DNA of 40,000 nucleotides from Escherichia coli (GTDB lineage Bacteria > Pseudomonadota > Gammaproteobacteria > Enterobacterales > Enterobacteriaceae), in NCBI RefSeq assembly GCF_003180995.1, contig NZ_CP029579.1; one strand, given 5' to 3'. The stretch's first letter is position 1, and each line of letters begins with the position of its first letter. Below are positions 1 through 9,651 of the stretch, one piece after another. The position numbers were made by a program, and so were the translations under genes. The notes under the pieces are model-generated. The model was given only the letters and a program-made list of their open reading frames with translations, searched no databases and was not told the DNA's origin.

Positions 1-2259
1 TCAAATCAATCCTGCCAGATGGAACTCTTCATATAACCGTTTTGGCGTCAGCGGCAGTGTATTGATTGCAACACCGGTAGCCATCTTCACCGCGTTACGA
101 ATAGCAGCGGCAACAGGAATTATTGGTGGCTCACCCAGTGACTTATGTCCGTATGCGGATTGCGGCTCATTGATTTCGACGAACGCGCTTTCCAGTTGTG
201 GCAGATCCGGCATGGTGGGCATTTTGTAATCCAGCAGGTTGGGGTTACGGACCACGCCGCTTTTCGCATCAATGATCATCTCTTCAAATAGCGCCCAGCC
301 AATGCCCATTCCCATTCCGCCGTGTACCTGACCTTCTGCCAGTAGCGGATTAAGAATATGGCCCGAATCATGAACGTTGAGGATGCGGTTGATGGTGACT
401 TTGCACAGCGCAATATCGATCGTCAGATCAACAAAGGTACAGCCAAACGCTGGTGGGTTAGTGGTGGTTTTGATGGAGCTTTCGGCAGAGAGCTGCCCGC
501 CGCGTTCAGGGTGGTAGAAGGCATCCATCGCCAAATCTTTTAACGACATTAACGGCTCTTCCGGTCGTTCAACCAGCACGATATGGCCTTTTATCAAGGT
601 AAGATTCATCGCTGACTGATGTAGCATGACAGCGGCGTGAGCGATGATTTTCTCCTTTAATAACAGTGCCGCACTGCGCAGCGCAGGCGCGGCAACATAG
701 CTCTGGCGTGAGGCAAATGCACCGGGATCGAACGGCGTAATGTCGGTATCTTGGGTTGAAATAACGCGAACGTCGCTGACCGGAACCCCCACGGTTTCTG
801 CCACCATTTGCGAGAAGACAGTGTCGGCACCCTGACCGATTTCTGTCGCGCCGCTTTGCACGTTGATGGTTCCATCCTGATTCATCAACAGGCGCGCGCC
901 TGCTATTTCTACGCCGACAGGCCAGGTGTTAGAGGTGTAGCTAAAACAGGCGACGCCAACGCCGCGGCGTAAATTGCCTTGCTGGTTCTGGCACTCTGCA
1001 CGGCGTTTTTCCCATTCAAAGATTTTCCGGCCTTTTTCAAGACACTCCGGCAACCCTGCGCTGTAAATACGTTTTCCTGTGAGCGGATTAGCATCTCCTT
1101 CGCGGGCGGCGTTGCGTAAACGAATTTCAACAGGATCAATACCTAACGCTGTCGCGGCGTCATCAAGCATAGACTCAACGGCAAATACGACTTGTGGCGC
1201 GCCATAACCACGCATCGCACCAGCCGAGGGGAGGTTGGTATAGCAGGTCTTTGAACTGTAAGCGTAGGCACAACGAGGATAAAGGTAAGCGACTTTATTC
1301 CCTCCCGCAGAAGCGATGGAGTGCCCGTGAGATGCATAAGCGCCGGTGTTAGACAGAACATCCAGACTATAACCTTTCAATGTTCCGTCGCGGTTCACGC
1401 CCATTTGCCCGTCAATAGTGAAAGCGTGGCGGGTACGGGTTGCGAGGAAACATTCTTCACGACTAAGGGAAACTTTCACCGGAATGCCGCCAAGCTTGCT
1501 GGTCAGGAATGCCGCCATTGGCTCTTCCAGTACATCCTGTTTATTACCAAAACCGCCACCGACAAACGGTTTGATGACTCGTACGCATGACCAGGGAATA
1601 TTCAGCGCCTGACCAACCACACGGCGAACAATGTGCGGGATCTGGGTGCTGGAAACGATGGTAATTCGCGAGTCATCCTCCATCCATGCCAGCGATGTCA
1701 CGCTTTCCATGTGACAATGTTGAATGACCGGCGTCTGATAGTGCCCCTGTACCTGGTAGTCGGCGGCATCGATTGTTTGTTGGACATTGCCCGTCGACAT
1801 CGTGCTTTGTTTTAGTAAATTGCCGCCGTTATGGATTGGTTCAGCGTCATCAGCCAGCGCCGCTTCTGGGGTGGTGATAACGGGTAATTCTTGCCACTCA
1901 ATGCTGACCAATTGCGCCGCTTTTTCTGCCGTGAGTTCATCACGGGCCACGACGATGGCAACGGCGTCTCCATGGTGACGAACATGGCGAGTTAGCAGTG
2001 CGCGATCGGCGGTATCGCGCTTGTTTTCGTCAAGTGTCCAGGCATGCCCAGCTGTAGCGAATGGGATATCAGGTACATCTTCCCAGGTAAAAATCGCCAG
2101 TACGCCTGGTAAACTTCTGGCTTGTTCATCATTAATACTTACGGCATAACCATGTGCGATAGGGCTACGTACATATTTCGCGTAACACATGCCCGCCATA
2201 ACATAATCGTCAGTATATCGTGCCCGCCCGGTGACCTTAGCAATGGCATCGACGCGCAT
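1..2259 (-). CDS. xdhA: Molybdopterin-dependent xanthine dehydrogenase-like subunit; 752 aa from the internal ATG MRVDAIAKVTG (the track extends to 2298)
   Basis: Translation matches XdhA as remembered (KVTGRARYTDDY, FVGGGFGNKQD, AMRGYGAPQ, GEPP motifs). Stop codon TCA (TGA on the minus strand) at positions 1-3. Confidence 0.95.
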   Translation of the reverse strand: MRVDAIAKVTGRARYTDDYVMAGMCYAKYVRSPIAHGYAVSINDEQARSLPGVLAIFTWEDVPDIPFATAGHAWTLDENKRDTADRALLTRHVRHHGDAVAIVVARDELTAEKAAQLVSIEWQELPVITTPEAALADDAEPIHNGGNLLKQSTMSTGNVQQTIDAADYQVQGHYQTPVIQHCHMESVTSLAWMEDDSRITIVSSTQIPHIVRRVVGQALNIPWSCVRVIKPFVGGGFGNKQDVLEEPMAAFLTSKLGGIPVKVSLSREECFLATRTRHAFTIDGQMGVNRDGTLKGYSLDVLSNTGAYASHGHSIASAGGNKVAYLYPRCAYAYSSKTCYTNLPSAGAMRGYGAPQVVFAVESMLDDAATALGIDPVEIRLRNAAREGDANPLTGKRIYSAGLPECLEKGRKIFEWEKRRAECQNQQGNLRRGVGVACFSYTSNTWPVGVEIAGARLLMNQDGTINVQSGATEIGQGADTVFSQMVAETVGVPVSDVRVISTQDTDITPFDPGAFASRQSYVAAPALRSAALLLKEKIIAHAAVMLHQSAMNLTLIKGHIVLVERPEEPLMSLKDLAMDAFYHPERGGQLSAESSIKTTTNPPAFGCTFVDLTIDIALCKVTINRILNVHDSGHILNPLLAEGQVHGGMGMGIGWALFEEMIIDAKSGVVRNPNLLDYKMPTMPDLPQLESAFVEINEPQSAYGHKSLGEPPIIPVAAAIRNAVKMATGVAINTLPLTPKRLYEEFHLAGLI

Positions 2260-2713
2260 GCAAGATTCACCCGTAGCGGTTGCTTCCCGCGCTTCCATAG
2301 AAATCCCCTCGATTTGAACATTTGGTTCTTATGGCAAAGATTTAGTCTAAGCAGGCAAGATTTACGCCAGAAACGACGATAAGCGTTAGGGGAGGAAGGA
2401 AGTGTGATGACGTTAAAAAAACACAGATATGATACGAAACAGGACTCTGAATAGGGGCAGTGATACGTATCAATATGAGTGGCGATAAAATCAATGTGAT
2501 AAATCAGGATTATTACGCATCAGGATGGGAAATAGGGTAAAAAAGTCAGGAAATTCGATACCTCTGCAGCGAATATTTTGCTGATGATACTTCCCTTTGC
2601 CAAATGAAATTAACCTCTTTCTCTATTACCGCGTTTTTCGAGAAGCAAGAGATTGGGTATCCAGAGGCTGGCTGCTATGATATGGCGTCTTGTTTTTTAA
2701 GCGAGGAAAGATT

Positions 2714-3466
2714 TTGAGTGCGGGACGCCTGAATAAAAAATCTCTGGGTATCGTGATGTTGTTATCGGTTGGACTGCTTTTGGCGGGCTGCTCGGGTAGC
2801 AAGTCATCCGATACAGGAACGTATTCCGGCTCCGTTTACACCGTGAAACGGGGGGATACGCTATATCGTATTTCGCGCACCACGGGAACCAGCGTAAAAG
2901 AGCTGGCGCGACTGAACGGCATTTCCCCCCCTTACACCATTGAAGTTGGTCAGAAACTAAAACTGGGTGGGGCGAAAAGTAGCAGTACACGTAAATCAAC
3001 CGCCAAATCAACGACCAAAACCGCATCGGTTACACCGTCATCAGCAGTACCGAAATCTTCCTGGCCGCCAGTAGGGCAACGTTGTTGGTTATGGCCAACG
3101 ACAGGGAAAGTTATCATGCCGTATTCGACAGCTGATGGCGGCAATAAAGGGATTGATATCTCAGCTCCACGGGGTACACCTATTTACGCCGCGGGTGCAG
3201 GAAAGGTGGTGTATGTGGGCAACCAGCTGCGTGGCTACGGTAATCTCATCATGATTAAACACAGTGAAGATTACATTACGGCTTACGCCCATAATGACAC
3301 GATGCTGGTAAATAATGGGCAAAGCGTGAAGGCTGGGCAAAAAATCGCCACTATGGGGAGCACTGATGCGGCATCGGTTCGCCTGCATTTCCAGATTCGT
3401 TACCGTGCTACGGCAATTGATCCGCTGCGTTACTTGCCGCCTCAGGGCAGCAAGCCAAAATGCTGA
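2714..3466 (+). CDS. ygeR: LysM + M23/LytM-domain lipoprotein (amidase activator-like); TTG start, 250 aa
   Basis: Lipobox LLLAGC, LysM motif YTVKRGDTLYRISRTTG, degenerate M23 domain near the C-terminus (GGNKGIDISAPRGTPIYAAGAGKVVY). Confidence 0.93.
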   Translation: MSAGRLNKKSLGIVMLLSVGLLLAGCSGSKSSDTGTYSGSVYTVKRGDTLYRISRTTGTSVKELARLNGISPPYTIEVGQKLKLGGAKSSSTRKSTAKSTTKTASVTPSSAVPKSSWPPVGQRCWLWPTTGKVIMPYSTADGGNKGIDISAPRGTPIYAAGAGKVVYVGNQLRGYGNLIMIKHSEDYITAYAHNDTMLVNNGQSVKAGQKIATMGSTDAASVRLHFQIRYRATAIDPLRYLPPQGSKPKC

Positions 3467-3544
3467 TGGCGAATTAATCAGCAGTCAGCAGCGCGGCACT
3501 TGCTAAGGAGAGCGTAAGGTTTATAATGCCTTACGCATCTCGAA

Positions 3545-3618
3545 GCGGGCGTAGTTCAATGGTAGAACGAGAGCTTCCCAAGCTCTATACGAGGGTTCGA
3601 TTCCCTTCGCCCGCTCCA
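3545..3618 (+). tRNA. glyU: tRNA-Gly, anticodon CCC; known ETT2 insertion site
   Basis: 74-nt cloverleaf GCGGGCG...CTTCCCAAG...GGTTCGATTCC...CGCCCGCTCCA with 7-bp acceptor stem GCGGGCG/CGCCCGC and encoded CCA. Confidence 0.97.
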
Positions 3619-3850
3619 ATTTATCTTCACCTCATCAACCTGCCATTTTTGTTGTATCTGATTTTCTATATTATCTTAATTCAATCGCTTCAGACTTTTC
3701 GCAATCGCCGTAATACTTCCCCATTTTTTTGTAAATAAAAGCGTTTACGCAATGCAATCCATTTGTAACAACCCAGGTAAAATACCTTATTTTCAAGTTG
3801 TTAAATAAGTGGTTATCTACGCTTTTAACAAACGATTGATGGAATCTTTT

Positions 3851-5461
3851 ATGAAAGGGAAATCTACATTAACTCTTCTGCTCGCTGGTATATTTTCATG
3901 CGGCACATGCCAGGCGACAGGGGCAGAAGTGACGAGTGAATCTGTATTTAACATTCTTAATTCCACGGGGGCAGCAACTGATAAAAGTTATTTATCGTTA
4001 AATCCAGATAAGTATCCTAATTATCGTCTTCTGATTCACTCAGCCAAATTAAAAAATGAAATAAAGAGCCACTATACCAAAGACGAAATTCAAGGATTGT
4101 TAACATTAACAGAAAATACACGAAAGTTAACGTTGACGGAGAAACCCTGGGGAACATTTATTCTTGCTTCTACTTTCGAAGATGACAAAACAGCGGCAGA
4201 AACCCACTATGATGCTGTCTGGCTGAGGGATAGTTTATGGGGCTATATGGCATTAGTATCAGATCAGGGAAATAGTGTAGCCGCAAAAAAGGTTCTGCTC
4301 ACTCTGTGGGATTATATGTCTACGCCCGACCAGATTAAGCGGATGCAGGACGTCATTAGCAACCCAAAACGACTGGATGGAATTTCCGGGCAAATGAATG
4401 CTGTGCATATCCGATTTGACAGCAACTCCCCCGTGATGGCAGATGTGCAGGAAGAAGGCAAGCCGCAGCTGTGGAACCATAAACAAAATGATGCGTTAGG
4501 TCTTTATCTTGATCTCCTTATACAAGCAATCGACACTGGTACTATTAATGCTGAAGATTGGCAAAAAGGTGACCGATTAATATCGATTGCGCTGTTGGTT
4601 GCTTATCTGGATAAAGCCAATTTCTATGTTATGGAAGATTCTGGAGCGTGGGAAGAAGATGCCCGATTAAACACATCTTCCGTTGCACTGGTGACCTCAG
4701 GACTGGAACGTTTGTCGAACTTACTCTCGAAGAAAGACTCTGTTTTTATCTCTGATTTACTACGCGAAGCTAAAGCCAATGAACTGGATGAACCACTTTC
4801 AACAACGAGGTTGAACCACCTCATAGATAAAGGTTATGAAAGAATAACGTTACAGCTTGATTTAGGGGGAGAATCCCCAGGTTATCTGGAAAAAGATAAA
4901 CATTACAGAGAAGCCGATGCGGCTTTACTTAATGTTATTTATCCTGCAAATCTTTCAAAGATAAATACCAGAAGAAAAGAGCAAGTTCTAAAAATAGTTA
5001 AAAAACTAGCAGGTCCGTATGGTATAAAAAGATACGAGAAGGATAATTATCAGTCGGCAAATTTTTGGTTCAATGATATTAAAACTGATACCGATCAAAA
5101 TTCACATGCGAAAAGAGAAATGAGCTTCATTCCATCAACAGAAGCAGAATGGTTTTTTGACTCATGGTATGCAAAATCAGCAGCAATTGTTTATAAAGAA
5201 TCAAGAAAAGAAGAGTATTTGAATGACTCAGTGCAATTTATGAATAGATCATTGGCCCAAATAACAGGCGAGAATATGATTGGTGCAAATGGCAGGAGTG
5301 TACCTGAAATGGCACTTCCCGAAAGCTATAACTATATCCACAAGTCGGGAACTTTGCATGAAGCGCCAAGCCCTATCATTCCGCTAAATTGGTCGAAAGC
5401 TTCAATGACTCTCATGTTGAAAGAGATGTCCAACCTTATCAATGATGAGGGAATTAAATAG
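3851..5461 (+). CDS. Secreted glucoamylase/GH15-like (six-hairpin glycosidase superfamily) protein, 536 aa
   Basis: Signal peptide MKGKSTLTLLLAGIFSCGTCQA. Motifs typical of GH15-like folds: YDAVWLRDSLWGYMAL, WEED, EAEWFFDSW. Confidence 0.6.
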   Translation: MKGKSTLTLLLAGIFSCGTCQATGAEVTSESVFNILNSTGAATDKSYLSLNPDKYPNYRLLIHSAKLKNEIKSHYTKDEIQGLLTLTENTRKLTLTEKPWGTFILASTFEDDKTAAETHYDAVWLRDSLWGYMALVSDQGNSVAAKKVLLTLWDYMSTPDQIKRMQDVISNPKRLDGISGQMNAVHIRFDSNSPVMADVQEEGKPQLWNHKQNDALGLYLDLLIQAIDTGTINAEDWQKGDRLISIALLVAYLDKANFYVMEDSGAWEEDARLNTSSVALVTSGLERLSNLLSKKDSVFISDLLREAKANELDEPLSTTRLNHLIDKGYERITLQLDLGGESPGYLEKDKHYREADAALLNVIYPANLSKINTRRKEQVLKIVKKLAGPYGIKRYEKDNYQSANFWFNDIKTDTDQNSHAKREMSFIPSTEAEWFFDSWYAKSAAIVYKESRKEEYLNDSVQFMNRSLAQITGENMIGANGRSVPEMALPESYNYIHKSGTLHEAPSPIIPLNWSKASMTLMLKEMSNLINDEGIK

Positions 5462-5526
5462 TTTTCATAATGAGGCGGTCCTGGATTAAAAGGACCGCTC
5501 AAAGAGAAATCGTAAGGGAGGTAAAA

Positions 5527-5706
5527 GTGATCAATAAATTACTGTTAGCTTACCTGATAGGTCTGGTTGTGACATCGACCTTAATATTTATCTTCTCGGA
5601 AGAAAAAGTAACATATCGGTTGTTTGCTGCAGTAATTACAGGGTTGACCTGGCCGCTTAGCCTCATTCCATCCATCATAAGTCTCATGATTCGTAAATCC
5701 GACTAA
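5527..5706 (+). CDS. Small two-TM membrane protein resembling the GhoT/OrtT toxin family; GTG start, 59 aa
   Basis: AAGGGAGG ribosome-binding sequence upstream of GTG. Protein (M/V)INKLLLAYLIGLVVTSTLIFIFSEEKVTYRLFAAVITGLTWPLSLIPSIISLMIRKSD resembles GhoT in length, hydrophobic profile and the pattern FxxS(E/H)EK...RLxxAxxxGxTWP(M/L)S. Confidence 0.65.
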   Translation: MINKLLLAYLIGLVVTSTLIFIFSEEKVTYRLFAAVITGLTWPLSLIPSIISLMIRKSD

Positions 5707-6051
5707 CAAGAAAATTATATGAACGATTAAGAAAAATAGAATCGAAAAAGAGAATAAAATATATGCAGGGAGTAACAAAACACTCGCAGTGCGTTAATGT
5801 GTAACTAACAAATATGATTTTTATTGAAAATAGTCACCAAACAAGTGTTATAAGAAATACGGGGTATGTTTAAGTAAAACATATCAACAGTTGCAATTCT
5901 GTATATGGACAGAATGACTTACTACTGTAAGTAGCTGATAGCTATTCGCTCATAACAAAATCATTATTTTATAAATAGGAATCATCACTTTTTAATCATG
6001 TTTTTATTGCAAGTTTATGGAGAATGAGAATATGGAATAAGGAGATGAAAC

Positions 6052-6801
6052 ATGATTGAAGAAGGGCTGTTACTTCCAATGAATGTTTTGCTTCAAGGAC
6101 AGAAGTTAACCCTACTGGACCCTGAAATGTGGTTCTTACGGGGAAATGAAAACAAGGATGTAACCCTTGTTATTACGATCGGTAATAACCATCAAAAATT
6201 AATGGTAGTGGAAGATATATTACTGCTCATTGACCGAAGCCAAATTGAGGTAACTGCAGGGAAAGTAATTTATCATCCACTTCGCATTGATATCCTGAGT
6301 AAATTATTAGCTTTTATAGATGAATCAACGGGGAGTGTGGAAAGGGAACACCATGAGTTGTTTGCTGATGCCTTACCCTTTGCATCAGAAGTTGTGCTAT
6401 TCAGTAAAGTTGCAAGTGAAGCCTGGTTTTTAGCCACTTATCTGAGCAGCGATAATATTAATGAAATTCTGTTTCAGCATCTAAGAAAAACAGAATGCTA
6501 TAAACTGGTTCGCTATTTATTATCGCAATCGCTCATACAGACTTCACTCTATGATCTTGGTGAACTTTACGGCGTATCGTATTCACATTTTCGCCGTTTA
6601 TGTAGTTATGCATTGGGTGGTAAAGTTAAAACGGAATTATGTGGCTGGAGAGTTGCCAGAGCCGTGTTGGAAATCATTGAAGGAAACAGTGATATGACAA
6701 CTATTGCGCATAAATATGGCTACTCATCCTCATCACACTTTTCAGCCGAAGTAAAAAGCCGGTTAGGAAAAACACCGAGAGAACTATGTAAAAAGTTATG
6801 A
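6052..6801 (+). CDS. eivF: AraC-family regulator, InvF-like
   Basis: C-terminal AraC HTH (LYDLGELYGVSYSHFRRLCSYALGG ... MTTIAHKYGYSSSSHFSAEVKSRLGKTPREL). ATGA overlap with the secretin gene. Confidence 0.9.
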   Translation: MIEEGLLLPMNVLLQGQKLTLLDPEMWFLRGNENKDVTLVITIGNNHQKLMVVEDILLLIDRSQIEVTAGKVIYHPLRIDILSKLLAFIDESTGSVEREHHELFADALPFASEVVLFSKVASEAWFLATYLSSDNINEILFQHLRKTECYKLVRYLLSQSLIQTSLYDLGELYGVSYSHFRRLCSYALGGKVKTELCGWRVARAVLEIIEGNSDMTTIAHKYGYSSSSHFSAEVKSRLGKTPRELCKKL

Positions 6802-8501
6802 AAATAAAATTACGTATTACTATTATATTAATTTCAGCCTTATGCATTTTTAATGGATTATTGACTCCTGGTGCATATGCCGCAACAGCGAATGGATACG
6901 TAGCAAATAAAGAAAATCTACGTAGTTTTTTTGAAACGGTTTCATCATATGCGGGTAAGCCTACAATAGTAAGTAAGCTTGCCATGAAGAAACAGATCAG
7001 CGGAAATTTTGATTTAACCGAACCCTATGCCTTGATTGAACGCCTGTCGGCGCAGATGGGACTTATTTGGTACGATGATGGCAAAGCTATTTATATCTAT
7101 GACTCATCAGAGATGCGTAATGCGCTGATTAATCTGAGAAAGGTATCGACGAATGAGTTTAATAATTTTTTAAAAAAATCGGGTCTGTATAACTCTCGTT
7201 ATGAAATTAAAGGGGGCGGCAATGGTACTTTCTATGTATCGGGGCCACCAGTTTATGTTGACCTGGTCGTTAATGCTGCGAAATTAATGGAGCAAAACAG
7301 CGATGGCATCGAGATCGGACGAAATAAAGTAGGAATAATTCATCTGGTCAACACATTCGTTAATGATCGGACTTATGAATTACGTGGCGAAAAGATAGTT
7401 ATTCCTGGCATGGCAAAAGTACTATCGACGTTGTTAAATAATAACATTAAGCAAAGCACTGGGGTTAACGTACTTTCTGAAATTTCAAGTCGTCAACAAC
7501 TAAAAAACGTATCACGTATGCCTCCTTTTCCTGGTGCTGAAGAAGATGATGACCTACAAGTAGAGAAAATAATATCGACAGCTGGAGCGCCAGAGACTGA
7601 CGATATACAAATTATTGCATATCCTGATACCAACAGTTTACTTGTTAAAGGAACAGTATCTCAGGTTGATTTTATCGAGAAGTTAGTAGCTACGCTCGAT
7701 ATTCCAAAGCGACATATTGAATTATCTTTATGGATAATAGATATTGATAAGACTGATCTAGAACAGTTAGGAGCTGACTGGTCGGGCACGATAAAAATTG
7801 GATCCAGCCTAAGTGCATCATTTAATAATTCAGGTTCAATTAGTACCCTGGATGGGACACAGTTTATTGCAACAATACAGGCACTTGCGCAAAAAAGAAG
7901 AGCCGCCGTTGTTGCTCGTCCTGTCGTTTTAACACAGGAGAATATTCCTGCTATATTTGATAATAACCGTACTTTCTATACTAAATTAGTCGGCGAGCGT
8001 ACTGCGGAGTTGGATGAAGTAACCTATGGTACGATGATTAGCGTGCTACCACGATTTGCTTCACGAAATCAAATTGAATTACTCTTGAATATTGAAGATG
8101 GCAATGAAATCAATTCCGACAAGACCAATGTTGATGATCTGCCTCAGGTTGGTAGAACGCTTATAAGTACTATTGCGCGCGTGCCTCAAGGGAAAAGTCT
8201 TTTGATTGGTGGATATACACGAGATACGAATACCTATGAAAGTCGTAAGATCCCAATATTAGGCAGTATTCCATTTATTGGTAAATTATTTGGATATGAA
8301 GGAACAAATGCGAATAACATCGTTCGTGTCTTTCTTATTGAGCCAAGAGAGATCGATGAGCGCATGATGAATAATGCGAATGAGGCTGCGGTTGACGCCA
8401 GAGCAATAACACAGCAAATGGCAAAAAATAAAGAAATCAACGATGAATTACTGCAGAAATGGATAAAAACTTACCTGAATCGTGAAGTCGTCGGAGGATA
8501 G
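6798..8501 (+). CDS. eivG: T3SS outer-membrane secretin, SctC/InvG-like
   Basis: Signal peptide, N0/N1 domains, secretin core (VPQVGRTLISTIARVPQGKSLLIGGYTRDTNTYESRKIPILGSIPFIGKLFGY). Confidence 0.95.
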   Translation: MKIKLRITIILISALCIFNGLLTPGAYAATANGYVANKENLRSFFETVSSYAGKPTIVSKLAMKKQISGNFDLTEPYALIERLSAQMGLIWYDDGKAIYIYDSSEMRNALINLRKVSTNEFNNFLKKSGLYNSRYEIKGGGNGTFYVSGPPVYVDLVVNAAKLMEQNSDGIEIGRNKVGIIHLVNTFVNDRTYELRGEKIVIPGMAKVLSTLLNNNIKQSTGVNVLSEISSRQQLKNVSRMPPFPGAEEDDDLQVEKIISTAGAPETDDIQIIAYPDTNSLLVKGTVSQVDFIEKLVATLDIPKRHIELSLWIIDIDKTDLEQLGADWSGTIKIGSSLSASFNNSGSISTLDGTQFIATIQALAQKRRAAVVARPVVLTQENIPAIFDNNRTFYTKLVGERTAELDEVTYGTMISVLPRFASRNQIELLLNIEDGNEINSDKTNVDDLPQVGRTLISTIARVPQGKSLLIGGYTRDTNTYESRKIPILGSIPFIGKLFGYEGTNANNIVRVFLIEPREIDERMMNNANEAAVDARAITQQMAKNKEINDELLQKWIKTYLNREVVGG

Positions 8502-8505
8502 TGAA

Positions 8506-9651
8506 ATGGCGATTCATGTAGAGCATGTCGGTGTATTAGAAAGAGCCAGAGAAGTTTCTCGCTTAGAGGACATTATCACAGAAGATAATGAAGATATTGA
8601 AGCTGAAATGCCTAAAATGGGGGATGATCCCGCCGGTAAAGAAGCTCGATTCTTACAAGCTACTGACGAGATGTCAGCAGCGTTAACGCAGTTTATGAAG
8701 AAAAAAATCTACGAAGAACAACTGGCCAACTTTCTGGACGGAGAAGAATATGTCCTGGAAGATCAGCCAATAGAAAAAACCGATAAAGTCATGGAGGCGC
8801 TTAAGGCAGCAACTACCCATGACTATGAAGTGTATAGCTTTGCTAAAAAATTATTTCCAGATGAAAGCGAACTGGTGGTTGTATTACGTGCAATTTTACG
8901 TAAAAAACAAATATCTGAAAATGTGCGGCTAAACGCTGAAGCATTACTTAAAAAAGTTAATCAAGAGACTACTAAAAAATTCATTAATAGCGGTATTAAC
9001 TCGGCATTAAAAGCAAAGTTATTTGGCCAGGCGTTGTCATTAAATCCAAAATTACTAAGGGCAAGTTATCGACAGTTTTTAATGGCAGAAGACGATGCTG
9101 TAGATACTTATGTCGAATGGATTGGTAGTTATGGCTATCAAAATAGAATACTGGTGACAAAATTTATCAAAGAGACGCTTTTCTCAGATATAAATGCACT
9201 TGATGCGAGCTGTTCATCATTGGAATTTGGTATGTTTCTCAATAAGTTGTCACAACTATTGTCTCTTCAGTCAGCAGAGGCTTTATTTCTGAAAACTTTA
9301 ATGAATAACCCAATAATTAAAAAATTTATTAGCGCAGAAGATTATTGGATATTTTTTCTGATATCGTTAATAAAATTTCCTGAGACAGCAGAGGAACTCC
9401 TGAAAAATGCACTGGTAACCCTACCCGCAGATGCTAATTATAAAGACAAAACGTTACTCCTGAAGGCGATTTACAGCGGATGTACAAATCTTCCATTTTC
9501 ACTTTTTATTAATAATGAACAATTATTAGAGATTAGGGAGTGTTGTAAACAGGCAATAAAAGTAACATTTGCAGCAGAGCTCTTTGATACACAAAACAGT
9601 AATAAAAAACAAAATAAAAAACCATGGAAGAAGGTAATGTTCAATGTTTAA
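8506..9651 (+). CDS. eivE: T3SS gatekeeper, SctW/InvE-like
   Basis: Start ATG at 8506 (MAIHVEHVG). Position between secretin and export-gate genes and helical InvE-like sequence. Confidence 0.9.
   Translation: MAIHVEHVGVLERAREVSRLEDIITEDNEDIEAEMPKMGDDPAGKEARFLQATDEMSAALTQFMKKKIYEEQLANFLDGEEYVLEDQPIEKTDKVMEALKAATTHDYEVYSFAKKLFPDESELVVVLRAILRKKQISENVRLNAEALLKKVNQETTKKFINSGINSALKAKLFGQALSLNPKLLRASYRQFLMAEDDAVDTYVEWIGSYGYQNRILVTKFIKETLFSDINALDASCSSLEFGMFLNKLSQLLSLQSAEALFLKTLMNNPIIKKFISAEDYWIFFLISLIKFPETAEELLKNALVTLPADANYKDKTLLLKAIYSGCTNLPFSLFINNEQLLEIRECCKQAIKVTFAAELFDTQNSNKKQNKKPWKKVMFNV

Noticed and set aside
358-1815. Overlapping small ORFs within xdhA
   Set aside because: All lie inside a strongly supported 752-aa CDS and have no domain signal.
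3545-3618. Integrative-element attachment repeat from the glyU 3' end
   Set aside because: I looked for a second copy of the tRNA 3' end (TTCGATTCCCTTCGCCCGCTCCA) toward yqeG and saw none. No integrase gene is present, so no att pair can be claimed.
5470-5526. N-terminal extension MRRSWIKRTAQREIVREVK of the 78-aa ORF
   Set aside because: Homology to the GhoT/OrtT pattern and the GGGAGG-GTG arrangement both place the start at 5527.
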